The position numbers and the translations under genes were made by a program. A stretch of DNA of 55,204 nucleotides, the filler included, from Candidatus Omnitrophota bacterium (lineage in GTDB: Bacteria > Omnitrophota > Gorgyraeia > Zapsychrales > JBDRMG01): NCBI GenBank assembly GCA_043812495.1. It is 5 parts of 4 records of this genome, joined end to end, with 100 filler letters (N's around TTAATTAATTAA, not from the genome) between each part and the next. Parts side by side here need not be neighbours in the genome. Positions count along the whole stretch, not along the records: positions 1 to 20,917 come from JBDRMG010000056.1; 4 more parts are not named here. One strand, 5' to 3'. Shown here in pieces: positions 1 through 9,180 of the stretch. The first letter of the stretch is position 1. Every line of letters begins with the position of its first letter. The notes below the pieces were generated by a model. It saw only the letters and a program-made list of their open reading frames with translations. It did not search any database and was not told where the DNA came from.

Positions 1-1
1 A

Positions 2-367
2 AGTGGTGACAATCGGACTATGGGCCGTAAATTTACTGTGCCGTATGGTCTCTATCGGACTCATGGATTTGTGTCCGCACATCTTGCCGCACAGACTGGT
101 TTTTCAGAAGAAGATTTAAAGCTGTTTTGGGAATCTTTGGAGAAAATGTTCGATCATGACCATTCCGCGGCGCGCGGTCTCATGAGCACTCGTGCGTTGA
201 TTATTTTTGAGCATGGCTCCGCCTTGGGAACGGCAAACGCGGCAACTCTTTTTGAACGAGTTACCTTTAAGCGCATTACCGAAGGTCCTGCTCGCAAGTT
301 CTCAGACTATCAAATTTTGCTTGATGGTCAGCCTGTGAAAGAATTGCCTAAAATAGTGAAACTTTAA
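2..367 (+). CDS. cas7c: Type I-C CRISPR Cas7/Csd2, 3' fragment (5' end outside window)
   Basis: Frame open from base 2 ([39 protein letters not shown]...[11 protein letters not shown]), which matches the Csd2 C-terminal signature; I-C type repeats lie downstream. Confidence 0.93.
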   Translation, partial: SGDNRTMGRKFTVPYGLYRTHGFVSAHLAAQTGFSEEDLKLFWESLEKMFDHDHSAARGLMSTRALIIFEHGSALGTANAATLFERVTFKRITEGPARKFSDYQILLDGQPVKELPKIVKL

Positions 368-411
368 GGCAAAAAGAAGGAGTTTATTCAACTTGAAAGG
401 AGTTTCGATTC

Positions 412-1077
412 ATGCCCCCAGACACCAAAATCGCGATATTCAAAGGCAGGAAAATAAGGAAGACCATTCACAATAACGAATGGTGGTTTTCGGTTGTGGA
501 TGTTGCTGAAGCATTGACCGACAGCGTAGATCCAGGCGCATATTGGCGTAAGCTAAAGGAGAGATTAAAAAATGAGGGTAGCGAAGTCGTGACAAATTGT
601 CACGGGTTGAAATTGCCCGCTCCGGATGGAAAGATGAGGGAAACCGACTGCGCCGATACCGAAGGCATGTTCCGTATTATCCAGTCAATCCCCTCTCCCA
701 AAGCCGAGCCATTTAAGCGCTGGTTGGCCAAGGTTGGTTACGAACGCATTCAGGAGATTGAAAACCCTGAGTTGGCGACAAAACGAACGCGCATGCTTTA
801 TAAGTTGAAAGGCTACAGCGATAACTGGATTGAAAAGCGCATGCGTGGCATCACTATCCGCGAAGAGTTGACCGATGAGTGGCAGAAGCGGGGAGCTCAG
901 GAAGATAAGGACTATGAAATTTTGACCGCGGAAATATCTAAGGCCGCTTTCGGGATAACGCCAAGCGAATACCTATTAAAATTCGTCCTCGCGCGAGGGC
1001 GTGGATTGAAACCCATTCAATGGGGACATACCGGCCCGCGAAACGGTTATTCGTCCTCGCGCGAGGGCGTGGATTGA
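412..1077 (+). pseudogene. Bro-N domain (phage antirepressor-like) protein, C-terminally truncated at about 972 and reading through into the CRISPR array
   Basis: WWFSVVDV...YWRKLKERL...APDGKMRETDCADTEGMFRIIQSIPSPKAEPFKRWLA; family similarity ends at FGITPSEY (aa 187); the last about 34 aa are encoded by repeat and spacer DNA, with the stop inside repeat 2; RBS AAAGGAG upstream. Confidence 0.8.
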
Positions 1078-1145
1078 AACGCGCAAAAGGTTGTAGATGG
1101 TGGCGCCCTCGAAATTCGTCCTCGCGCGAGGGCGTGGATTGAAAC
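981..1145 (+). CRISPR. Type I-C CRISPR mini-array: 3 identical 32-bp repeats, 2 spacers (36 and 33 bp)
   Basis: ATTCGTCCTCGCGCGAGGGCGTGGATTGAAAC at 981-1012, 1049-1080 and 1114-1145; hairpin CGTCCTC/GAGGGCG and 3' ATTGAAAC are typical of I-C. Confidence 0.95.
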
Positions 1146-1241
1146 ACAGAATGATCCCTGAGAACGTGCCGAGGGTGTGTTCTGGAAAATTTCCCAAAAA
1201 TTTATTTCGACTTTTTCAAATCCCCATCGATTCATTTGATA

Positions 1242-1400
1242 CTTCGACAGCGGCAAACCGCGCCATTTATGGCGTGATTTGGCGCCGCTCAGTATCAACC
1301 CTGCCCGCCCCGCCGCTTCGCGGCGAAAGCCGCGGGCCGGGGAGCAAACCCCTGGGCTTTAGCCCGGGATGCGTCGAATGGATGCGTCGAATGGGTTGAT
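1242..1400. repeat. Nested REP-like palindromic composite
   Basis: TTCGAC...GCTCAGTATCAACCCTG...GTCGAATGGGTTGAT scaffold with GC-rich hairpins inside (including CCTGGGCTTTAGCCCGGG) and a tandem GGATGCGTCGAAT duplication. Confidence 0.6.
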
Positions 1401-1443
1401 TTATGAGTTTATTTATACTAAAATACGCATACCCTCAAAAGTC

Positions 1444-2550
1444 ATGGATAACCACTTTTATTCCCAATTAACGCGGCAAAGTTTGGGCGATCAAAGCCTT
1501 GATGGAGACATCTGCCTCAAAATATTAGCGTCTTCTGAAGTTGAGCTCCTGTCGCTTCTTCATTCAGCCTTTGAAGTTAGAAAGAAGTATTTTGGCAAGG
1601 AGGTGCTTGTTCACATCATTGATAATGTGCAAAATGGTTCCTGTGCGGAAGACTGCCGTTATTGTGCTCAATCCAGACATTCCCAAGCCGACATTATTGC
1701 CTACGCATGCAAAAGTGAAGACGAAATACTCAAGGAAGCTGAACACGCTTACAAAATGGGGGCGTTTCGACATTGCCTTGTTTTTTCCGGTAAGCGTGCT
1801 GGCAAAGACCGCATTCAATTTATCGCTTCTGTTGTCCGAAAGATAAAAGAAAACTACTCTATGCAAGTTTGTGTTTCCGCCGGCATTTTGGATGAAGAAA
1901 GCCTAAAGATTTTAAGCCATGCGGGAGTTGACCGGATCAATCATAACTTAAATACTTCGCAGGAATTTTATCCCAAGATTTGCACAACCCATACATTTGA
2001 TGACCGCTTAAAAACAGTCCATTTGGCGCGCCAAATGCAGTTAGAAGTTTGCTCGGGCATTATTGTTGGCATGGGGGAACAACCCGAAGATATTGTGAGT
2101 GTGGCCAAGACTTTGAGAAAATACTCCGTTGCCTCCATTCCGGTTAATTTTCTTATTCCCATCAAGGGAATTCCAATAAGAAATGCAAAGGGATTAACGC
2201 CTGAGTATTGCTTGCGTGTTTTGTGTTTAATGCGATTCTTAAATCCAAGTGCAGAAATTCGTATTGCGGCCGGGCGGGAATTGCATCTTAGAGATATGCA
2301 GGTTTTTGGACTTTATCCAGCCAATTCCCTGTTTCTTGATGGATATCTTAACGCAAAAGGGTCCGATCATATGAAAACATTACAGATGATCAAAGACGCT
2401 GGATTTGCTATCAAATCAGATCATGGCTTGGATGAACTTCTTTGCAAAGAAGAAGGCCTTGATCAGCAGGAGTGCCGGGCGGATGAAATTGTTATGAAAA
2501 ATCTGCAAGAATTAAGACCAAATCTCAATAAGGTTCAAACAAAGGAATAA
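1444..2550 (+). CDS. bioB: Biotin synthase
   Basis: CAEDCRYCAQS radical SAM motif, NHNLNTS, VCSGIIVGMGE, SIPVNFL, IRIAAGRE; ATG 1444 preferred because the upstream extension lies in repeat DNA. Confidence 0.93.
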   Translation: MDNHFYSQLTRQSLGDQSLDGDICLKILASSEVELLSLLHSAFEVRKKYFGKEVLVHIIDNVQNGSCAEDCRYCAQSRHSQADIIAYACKSEDEILKEAEHAYKMGAFRHCLVFSGKRAGKDRIQFIASVVRKIKENYSMQVCVSAGILDEESLKILSHAGVDRINHNLNTSQEFYPKICTTHTFDDRLKTVHLARQMQLEVCSGIIVGMGEQPEDIVSVAKTLRKYSVASIPVNFLIPIKGIPIRNAKGLTPEYCLRVLCLMRFLNPSAEIRIAAGRELHLRDMQVFGLYPANSLFLDGYLNAKGSDHMKTLQMIKDAGFAIKSDHGLDELLCKEEGLDQQECRADEIVMKNLQELRPNLNKVQTKE

Positions 2551-2556
2551 AACATA

Positions 2557-3501
2557 ATGGAACATGTTGTGATCATCGGATCGGGGCCGGCAGCGCACAC
2601 GGCGGCTATTTATTGCGCCAGGGCAAAACTTAGCCCGTTGTTGTTTGAGGGATATATTGCAGGCGGGGTTGCGGCCGGAGGTCAGTTGACCGTAACGACC
2701 GATGTGGAAAATTTTCCGGGATTTCCGGAAGGTATTCAAGGACCGGAATTAATGAAGCGCATGCGCGAACAGTCTATAAAGTGCGGCACGCGCATTGAAA
2801 CGAAGACGATCGACAAAGCTGATTTGACGAAGCAGCCGTTTAAAATCTTTTTTGGAAAAGAAAGCATAGAAACCAAGGCTGTTATCATCGCGACCGGCGC
2901 CACGGCTAAACGGTTGAATCTGCCAGGTGAGGAGAGGCTTTGGCAGAAGGGTATCTCAGCTTGCGCGATATGCGATGGGGGGCTTCCGATTTTTCGCGAT
3001 CAACACGTGGTCGTGGTGGGAGGCGGGGATACCGCGGCTGAGGAATCAATTTATTTGACAAAATTTGCCAAAAAGGTAAGCGTTCTTCACCGCCGGGATC
3101 AATTGCGCGCGTCTAAGACTATGCAAGAAAAGGTATTATCAAACAAAAAGATTGAAGTCGTATGGAATACGATTCCCGTTGAGGCCATTGGGGAAAAGTT
3201 CTTACAAGGCGTAAAAGTGCGAAATGTCAAAACAAATGAAGAGAAGGTCATCGAAGCTAGCGGTTTGTTTTATGCTATTGGACATCAACCCAATACCCAC
3301 TTTTTAGCTAAACAAGTAGAAATGGACCCAAACGGATATATTGTTACTCAACCGCCCAGTACGAAAACAAACGTTGAAGGTGTCTTTGCCTGCGGAGATG
3401 TTCAGGACAAAATCTATCGCCAAGCTGTCACGGCCGCTGGTTCCGGATGCAGGGCCGCGCTGGATGCCGAAAGATATCTTAATGAAAAGGAAATATTATA
3501 A
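2557..3501 (+). CDS. trxB: Thioredoxin reductase
   Basis: GSGPAAHTAAIY, ENFPGF, SACAICDG redox CxxC, GGGDTAAEE, GDVQDKIYRQAVTAAGSG. Confidence 0.96.
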   Translation: MEHVVIIGSGPAAHTAAIYCARAKLSPLLFEGYIAGGVAAGGQLTVTTDVENFPGFPEGIQGPELMKRMREQSIKCGTRIETKTIDKADLTKQPFKIFFGKESIETKAVIIATGATAKRLNLPGEERLWQKGISACAICDGGLPIFRDQHVVVVGGGDTAAEESIYLTKFAKKVSVLHRRDQLRASKTMQEKVLSNKKIEVVWNTIPVEAIGEKFLQGVKVRNVKTNEEKVIEASGLFYAIGHQPNTHFLAKQVEMDPNGYIVTQPPSTKTNVEGVFACGDVQDKIYRQAVTAAGSGCRAALDAERYLNEKEIL

Positions 3502-3528
3502 TTGTATTTTCTTGAAAGGAAATAACCA

Positions 3529-4437
3529 ATGTCTTTAAAGTTAAAAACATACCTCATGGCTACACGCCCCAATTCGCTTTGGATTACCTTTGTTCCTGTC
3601 TTCATAGGAACGTCCATGGCCATAGGAGACGGCATTGCCCATTTACCGACAGCCTTTGTCGCTCTTTGCGGCGGTATACTTCTTCATATCGGATGCAATT
3701 TGACCAATGATTACGGCGACCTGATCAAAGGCGCTGATCAAGAAGGCCGCATTGATCCTATGCGCGAGATTCCCGTGGGATTTCTTTCCGCGCGCTCCAT
3801 GAAGATTTTTATCATTGGAGTTTATGTTTGCATTATTCCAATTTGCGTCACCTTGATGCAAAGAGGAGGCTGGCCGGTTCTTTGGATTGCTGTTTTTGCG
3901 ATTTTGGCAGGAATCTTTTATACGGTCGGAAAATACCCTTTAGGTTATCAGGGATGGGGCGACTTGATGGTTTTTGTCTTTTTTGGGCCAGTGGCTGTCG
4001 CCGGGACTTATTACGTGCAGTCTCTGGAGTTTAACTGGGCGACCGTGGTCGCGGGATTTGCTCCCGGATTGTTCGCTGTTAGTGTTTTAACCATCAATAA
4101 TATTCGGGACCTGGAGAGCGATCGCAGCGTTAAGAAAATGACTCTGGCGGTTCGTTTCGGGAAGACTTTTGCGCAGAAAGAATACTTCTTCTCAATTATT
4201 TTAGCAACACTGACTCCTATTTTTGTGTATTTTATCACGAAAAACTACTTTTTATCTCTATTCGCTGTCCTTTCTTTATTATTAACTTTTAAGCCAATGA
4301 AAATTGTAATGTCTTCAAGCGATGAAAGCGCATACAACAAAGCGATTGAAATAACAGTAAAAGTTTTAATCATTTATGGGATTATTTTTTCGTTGGGCTG
4401 GAATGGATCTTGGATCATTGAAAAAATATTTTTTTAA
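3529..4437 (+). CDS. menA: 1,4-dihydroxy-2-naphthoate prenyltransferase (UbiA family)
   Basis: N-terminal ATRP, NLTNDYGDLIKGAD, NNIRDLESD...KMTLAVRFG, multiple TM helices. Confidence 0.9.
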   Translation: MSLKLKTYLMATRPNSLWITFVPVFIGTSMAIGDGIAHLPTAFVALCGGILLHIGCNLTNDYGDLIKGADQEGRIDPMREIPVGFLSARSMKIFIIGVYVCIIPICVTLMQRGGWPVLWIAVFAILAGIFYTVGKYPLGYQGWGDLMVFVFFGPVAVAGTYYVQSLEFNWATVVAGFAPGLFAVSVLTINNIRDLESDRSVKKMTLAVRFGKTFAQKEYFFSIILATLTPIFVYFITKNYFLSLFAVLSLLLTFKPMKIVMSSSDESAYNKAIEITVKVLIIYGIIFSLGWNGSWIIEKIFF

Positions 4438-4461
4438 TAAGAAGAATAAGGAGGCACTCCG

Positions 4462-5049
4462 ATGTCATTAGTCAATAAAATAGCGCCTGATTGTAACGCG
4501 CGAGCGGTGATCAGCAATCAAATCAAAGAGAATTTCAAGCTTTCGGATTACCGCGGTAAATATATTGTTTTGTTCTTTTATCCATTGGATTTTACGTTTG
4601 TTTGCCCGACCGAAATTCATGCCTTTCAGGATCGGCTTGGTGAATTTGAGAAGCGACACGTCCAGGTGATTGGCGTTTCGACAGATTCTTGGTATACCCA
4701 TTTGGCCTGGCTGAAGACCCCGAAGAAAGAGGGAGGCATCGAAGGTGTCAGCTTTCCGCTTGTGTCGGATTTCAATAAAACGATTTCGAAAGACTATGGC
4801 ATCTTACAAGAGGAAGATGGCGTGGCTTTGCGCGGTTTATTTCTAATCGATCGTAAGGGCATCATCCAGCATGAGACGATTAACAATTTAGCTTTGGGCC
4901 GCAATGTGGATGAAGTGTTGCGTATGGTGGATGCGCTGCAATTTACGGAAAAACACGGCGAAGTCTGCCCGGTGAATTGGAAAACCGGCGATAAGGCCAT
5001 GAAGCCCGATTCAAAAGGCCTGCAGGAATACTTCAAAGATGCCTCATGA
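4462..5049 (+). CDS. ahpC: 2-Cys peroxiredoxin (AhpC/TSA)
   Basis: FYPLDFTFVCPTE and GEVCPVNW motifs. Confidence 0.93.
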   Translation: MSLVNKIAPDCNARAVISNQIKENFKLSDYRGKYIVLFFYPLDFTFVCPTEIHAFQDRLGEFEKRHVQVIGVSTDSWYTHLAWLKTPKKEGGIEGVSFPLVSDFNKTISKDYGILQEEDGVALRGLFLIDRKGIIQHETINNLALGRNVDEVLRMVDALQFTEKHGEVCPVNWKTGDKAMKPDSKGLQEYFKDAS

Positions 5050-5443
5050 AATCAATACATCTAACATCAGCATCTTCTTGGATCCTCAGGATCGCTTGAT
5101 TCATTTTGATCTTTGCGCAACACCTTGCGGCAAAAAAATCGAACGATCAGCCCTTTCTGCTTATTGCAAAGGAAAACCGTTAGAAGAGCTTGTCCAGATT
5201 AAATTCTTAAGTGCTGCTCAAGCATTGAATTGTTATGAGGAAAAGAAGCAATTTATGCTTTATGTCGAGTGGGCGGCCTTAAGATCCGCAATCGCTCAAT
5301 ATCTGGATCTCAATGAAGAAAAATACGATAAACAAAGATGCCAAATTGTTTCTGTGAAACACGACCCTCAGGGAACAACCGTCGAAGAAATAGTCCTTCC
5401 TCCAAAAGAATTACCGCAAATCCCATCTGCCTGTTGTGGTTAA
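5039..5443 (+). CDS. Hypothetical protein, weakly IscU/NifU-N-like, ends in ACCG
   Basis: Overlaps ahpC stop; CATPCGK...CKGKPLEE...WAALRSAIAQY pattern. Confidence 0.6.
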   Translation: MPHEINTSNISIFLDPQDRLIHFDLCATPCGKKIERSALSAYCKGKPLEELVQIKFLSAAQALNCYEEKKQFMLYVEWAALRSAIAQYLDLNEEKYDKQRCQIVSVKHDPQGTTVEEIVLPPKELPQIPSACCG

Positions 5444-5462
5444 AATGTAAAAATGAGAAGGT

Positions 5463-5993
5463 TTAGGTCGTGTCTTTGCCGCGCGTCATGACAAGCTTGC
5501 CGGAGCGGATCATTTCGATGATCCTGAATTTTTTAAGACGCTTCTCGAATTCATCCAACTCTTCGGTTGAACCCGCGATTTCGACAATCAAAGTCTCATT
5601 CGTTGTATCGATGATTTTGGTGTTGTATTTTCGCAAAAGCGCATGAGCGGACGTTCTTAAGTTCGGTTTGATGCGGATTTTAAAAAGGGCCAACTCTTCC
5701 TCGATAGCATCCAGAGGCGTGTGTTCACTGGCATGAATCACGTCCACAAGCTTGCCGGTCTGCTTCACAATCTGATCCAGTGTCGCGATATCTCCTTGGG
5801 CGGTAATCGTCATGCGTGAATAACGGGGATCGACGGAAGGAGAGACCACCAAAGAATCAACATTGAAGCCCCGACGGGCAAAAACAAGGGCGATGCGCAC
5901 CAAAACGCCCGGTTTATTGGCCACCAGCATGCTGATCGTGTGAAGATTTTTCAGATGAGGATATTTTTTGTTTGGTTTTTGAGGCATGGCCAT
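5463..5993 (-). CDS. ilvN: Acetolactate synthase small (regulatory) subunit
   Basis: HTISMLVANKPGVLVRIALVFARRGFNVDSL ACT domain; follows ilvB. Confidence 0.93.
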   Translation of the reverse strand: MAMPQKPNKKYPHLKNLHTISMLVANKPGVLVRIALVFARRGFNVDSLVVSPSVDPRYSRMTITAQGDIATLDQIVKQTGKLVDVIHASEHTPLDAIEEELALFKIRIKPNLRTSAHALLRKYNTKIIDTTNETLIVEIAGSTEELDEFEKRLKKFRIIEMIRSGKLVMTRGKDTT

Positions 5994-6001
5994 ATTTAAG
6001 T

Positions 6002-7747
6002 CTATGAATTATTTGATTTACGTTTCGGCGGCTCAATAATCATATGATAAGCTGATTTGCCCGCCGGGACCATCGGAAAAACGTTATCTTCTTTAATAAT
6101 GTCCGCTTGGATGAGACACGGACCTTTATAGTCAAGAGCTTTCTTAAGCGTACTTGTTACTTCTTCGCTTTTTCGGATATAAAAGCCTTTCACTCCATAA
6201 GCATCGGCCAATTTAACAAAATCAGGATTGCCGACCAAATCCACACCCGAGAGCCGGTTGTCAAAGAATAATTCCTGCCATTGACGCACCATGCCCAAAT
6301 AGCGATTATTCATGACAATCACTTTGACGGGCAGTTTATGAATGGCCATGGTCGAAAGTTCTTGCGCGGTCATCTGAAATCCCCCGTCTCCCACAAAGGC
6401 CACCACTAAACTTTTAGGTCGTCCGAATTGAGCGCCTAAGGCAGCCGGAAAGCCATAACCCATGGTCCCTGCTCCGCCTGAGCTCAACCAGTGATCACGC
6501 TCATCAACCCGGTAAAACTGGGCTGTCCACATCTGATGCTGGCCCACGTCTGTCACGCAAATGGCTTTGCCCTTGGTCAATTGATACATTTCATCAATGA
6601 TATGCTGGGCGATCAAGCCCTTCTTTGTGTTGTAGGATAAGGGAAATTGCTTACGGTAGAAATTAAGCTCGTTGAGCCATTCTTTGGTCTCGAGGGGGTT
6701 CACGTGATGTATCAATTCTTCGACAATCAGCCGGGCGTCACCGATGGTATAGGCATCGGGCTTAACAATCTTTCCGATCTCCGACGGATCAATATCAATA
6801 TGAAGTTTCTTTGCGTTGATACAGAATTCTGCCGGATTTCCGTTGATGCGGTCATCCCAACGCGAACCAATGGAAAGAATAAGATCGCATCGCGTTAACG
6901 CCTTATTGGCATACGCTGTTCCATGCATCCCAAGCATTCCCAAAGACAGAGGGTGGGTTTCCGGAAATCCGCCTTTCCCTAGAAGAGTATTCACAACAGG
7001 CGCGTTTAATTTCTCGGCTAACTTTTTCACTATAGCATCCGCTTTCGCGATAACAACGCCGTGACCCACCAATAAAAGCGGTCTTTTTGATTTATTGATA
7101 TATTCCGCAAGCGCTTGGATTTCCTTCTTATTAATGATGGCCGGCACGGAATAACCGGGTAAATCCATGTCCGGATCTAAAGATGAGTCGCATGGATTGC
7201 AGCTTACATCTTTCGGAATATCAATGAGGACAGGGCCGGGGCGGCCTGTATTCGCGATATAAAAGGCTTCTTTGACGACGCGTGGAATATCATTTGAATT
7301 CTTCACCAAATAGCTATGCTTGACAATCGGCATGGTGATGCCGAACGTATCTGTCTCCTGAAAAGCATCTTTGCCCAAAAGGGTCGTAACCATTTGTCCT
7401 GTCAGAATCACCAAGGGAATAGAGTCCATATGAGCCGTCATCACGCCGGTGACCACATTGGTCGCGCCCGGACCGCTGGTCGCGATCACGACACCGATTT
7501 TACCTGTAGCGCGTGCATAACCGTCGGCCATATGCGTTGCGCCTTGCTCATGGCGCACAAGGATCAATTTGATCTTGGAATTCATTAAAGCATCGAAGAT
7601 GGGAATCAACACACCTCCGGGAATTCCAAAGATGTATTCAACACCCTGGTTCTCAAGGCATTTGATCAGGGCCTCAGCGCCGTTCATTTGTTTTTTGGGT
7701 TTGGCTGACACTGGTTTTCTGTTTTGTTTTTTAGCTTGCTTTCTCAT
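6002..7747 (-). CDS. ilvB: Acetolactate synthase large subunit
   Basis: RHEQGATHMADGYARATG, DVGQHQMW, GDGGFQMT...N TPP motif, LGMVRQWQ. Confidence 0.96.
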   Translation of the reverse strand: MRKQAKKQNRKPVSAKPKKQMNGAEALIKCLENQGVEYIFGIPGGVLIPIFDALMNSKIKLILVRHEQGATHMADGYARATGKIGVVIATSGPGATNVVTGVMTAHMDSIPLVILTGQMVTTLLGKDAFQETDTFGITMPIVKHSYLVKNSNDIPRVVKEAFYIANTGRPGPVLIDIPKDVSCNPCDSSLDPDMDLPGYSVPAIINKKEIQALAEYINKSKRPLLLVGHGVVIAKADAIVKKLAEKLNAPVVNTLLGKGGFPETHPLSLGMLGMHGTAYANKALTRCDLILSIGSRWDDRINGNPAEFCINAKKLHIDIDPSEIGKIVKPDAYTIGDARLIVEELIHHVNPLETKEWLNELNFYRKQFPLSYNTKKGLIAQHIIDEMYQLTKGKAICVTDVGQHQMWTAQFYRVDERDHWLSSGGAGTMGYGFPAALGAQFGRPKSLVVAFVGDGGFQMTAQELSTMAIHKLPVKVIVMNNRYLGMVRQWQELFFDNRLSGVDLVGNPDFVKLADAYGVKGFYIRKSEEVTSTLKKALDYKGPCLIQADIIKEDNVFPMVPAGKSAYHMIIEPPKRKSNNS

Positions 7748-7908
7748 CCACCCACCCTATAATAAATCGTTCAACCATCAAGTGTAGGGGATTATAGTAT
7801 CATAAAATGAGAAAAGCTTGCAAGTATTTTATTATGGAAGGTACATGGACTTCTGGAATCAGCAATAATTGAACGGATGAGTTATAATATTCTGGGATTC
7901 AAGGAGAT

Positions 7909-8922
7909 ATGACACAGCAAATCAAAAAGAAGAGACCCAAGGCTGTCGGCATGCTATCAGGGGGGCTCGATAGTACTCTAGCGGCAAAACTCATGATGGA
8001 CATGGGTGTTGATGTGACATGCCTCCATTTTATATTTCCCTGGGGGATTCAAAAGGCCAAACGAGTTCAGAAAATCGCAGAGGATATTCAGGTCCAATGC
8101 GAATTCTTAAATGTCACCTATGGCTTTATAGATATGATCCAAAATGCAAAATACGGTTACGGCAGCGGTTTTAATCCATGTGTAGATTGCCGTATTTATA
8201 ATCTGAAGATCGCTAAGCGATATATGGAGCAGATTCAAGCTGATTTTGTTTTTACAGGTGAGGTATTAGGGCAAAGACCCATGTCGCAGATGCGCCAGAG
8301 CATTGAAATTGTGGAGAAAAAAAGCGGTCTTGAGGGCCGTCTTTTAAGGCCGTTATGTGCCCGGCTTCTTGACCCGACAATTCCTGAAACAGTGGGATTG
8401 ATTGACCGTAACCGTCTTTTGGATATTTCAGATCGTTCGCGTAAAAAACAAAAAGAATTGGCGGATTATTATAAAATCACCAATTTCATTCCGACGGGCG
8501 GCGGATGCCTTTTAACGGAAAAGGATTTTGCCAAAAGATTTAAAGACCTTCTGCGCTATGGCGTTCGGGATTTTAAAGACGTCATCAGCTTGCAATGGGG
8601 CAGGCATTTTCGCCTATCGGATCAATTCAAGGCGATTGCCGGACGCGATGAGAAAGAAAACGATATGTTGCTTTATTATGCCAATTGTGAAGATTATATC
8701 TGTGAATTCGAAATTGAATCCGGACCAACGGTGATTCTCAAGGGGTCCAGTCCCAACCAGGAAATGCTGCAAACCGCAGCCAGCCTTGTTCAATATTATT
8801 CCCGCTACAGGAATAACCAGCCTATGGATGTGCTGTGCTGGCCTTCCAAAGAAAAAGCCAAAGCATTCAAAATAAAAACTTGTGCTTTGGCTCAAAACGA
8901 AGTTGAGAACTTCAAGACTTAA
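7909..8922 (+). CDS. ThiI/MnmA-like PP-loop tRNA thiolation-related ATP pyrophosphatase
   Basis: SGGLDS PP-loop, NPCVDCR, GEVLGQRPMSQ, RPLCA, GGGCLLT, GRHFRL. Confidence 0.75.
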   Translation: MTQQIKKKRPKAVGMLSGGLDSTLAAKLMMDMGVDVTCLHFIFPWGIQKAKRVQKIAEDIQVQCEFLNVTYGFIDMIQNAKYGYGSGFNPCVDCRIYNLKIAKRYMEQIQADFVFTGEVLGQRPMSQMRQSIEIVEKKSGLEGRLLRPLCARLLDPTIPETVGLIDRNRLLDISDRSRKKQKELADYYKITNFIPTGGGCLLTEKDFAKRFKDLLRYGVRDFKDVISLQWGRHFRLSDQFKAIAGRDEKENDMLLYYANCEDYICEFEIESGPTVILKGSSPNQEMLQTAASLVQYYSRYRNNQPMDVLCWPSKEKAKAFKIKTCALAQNEVENFKT

Positions 8923-8946
8923 TCCGCAAAGGTAAGCTTTGATCTT

Positions 8947-9180
8947 TTACGCGGATTTTTTAAACCATTCAATAATATCATCCGATTCGTAAAGTGGTTT
9001 TCCGTCAATACTCAGGCACGGAACCTGCGATTTACCTCCCAGACTAATCAATTCGCTTCTGATTTTTTCACTATCAGAAATCTTCTTTAAGGGCACAGTC
9101 AATTTCTGACCTTCCAAAAATTGAAGGACCTTCCGGCAATAGGGGCATCCGTCGCGTACATAAAGGATTAATTCAGGCAT
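8947..9180 (-). CDS. Glutaredoxin
   Basis: MPELILY...CPYC...GGKSQVPCL...LYESDDI; ATG 9180 overlaps the gshB end. Confidence 0.88.
   Translation of the reverse strand: MPELILYVRDGCPYCRKVLQFLEGQKLTVPLKKISDSEKIRSELISLGGKSQVPCLSIDGKPLYESDDIIEWFKKSA

Noticed and set aside
1146..1211. Possible third spacer plus degenerate fourth CRISPR repeat (GAGGGTGTGTTCTGGAAA resembles the repeat 3' half)
   Set aside because: The similar stretch would leave only about 12 nt of spacer, and the sequence at the expected 65-68 bp period has no repeat stem
938..1399. Several short ORFs over the array and palindromes
   Set aside because: Shadows of repeat DNA (FQSTPSREDE, VSIHALARGR recur); no coding evidence
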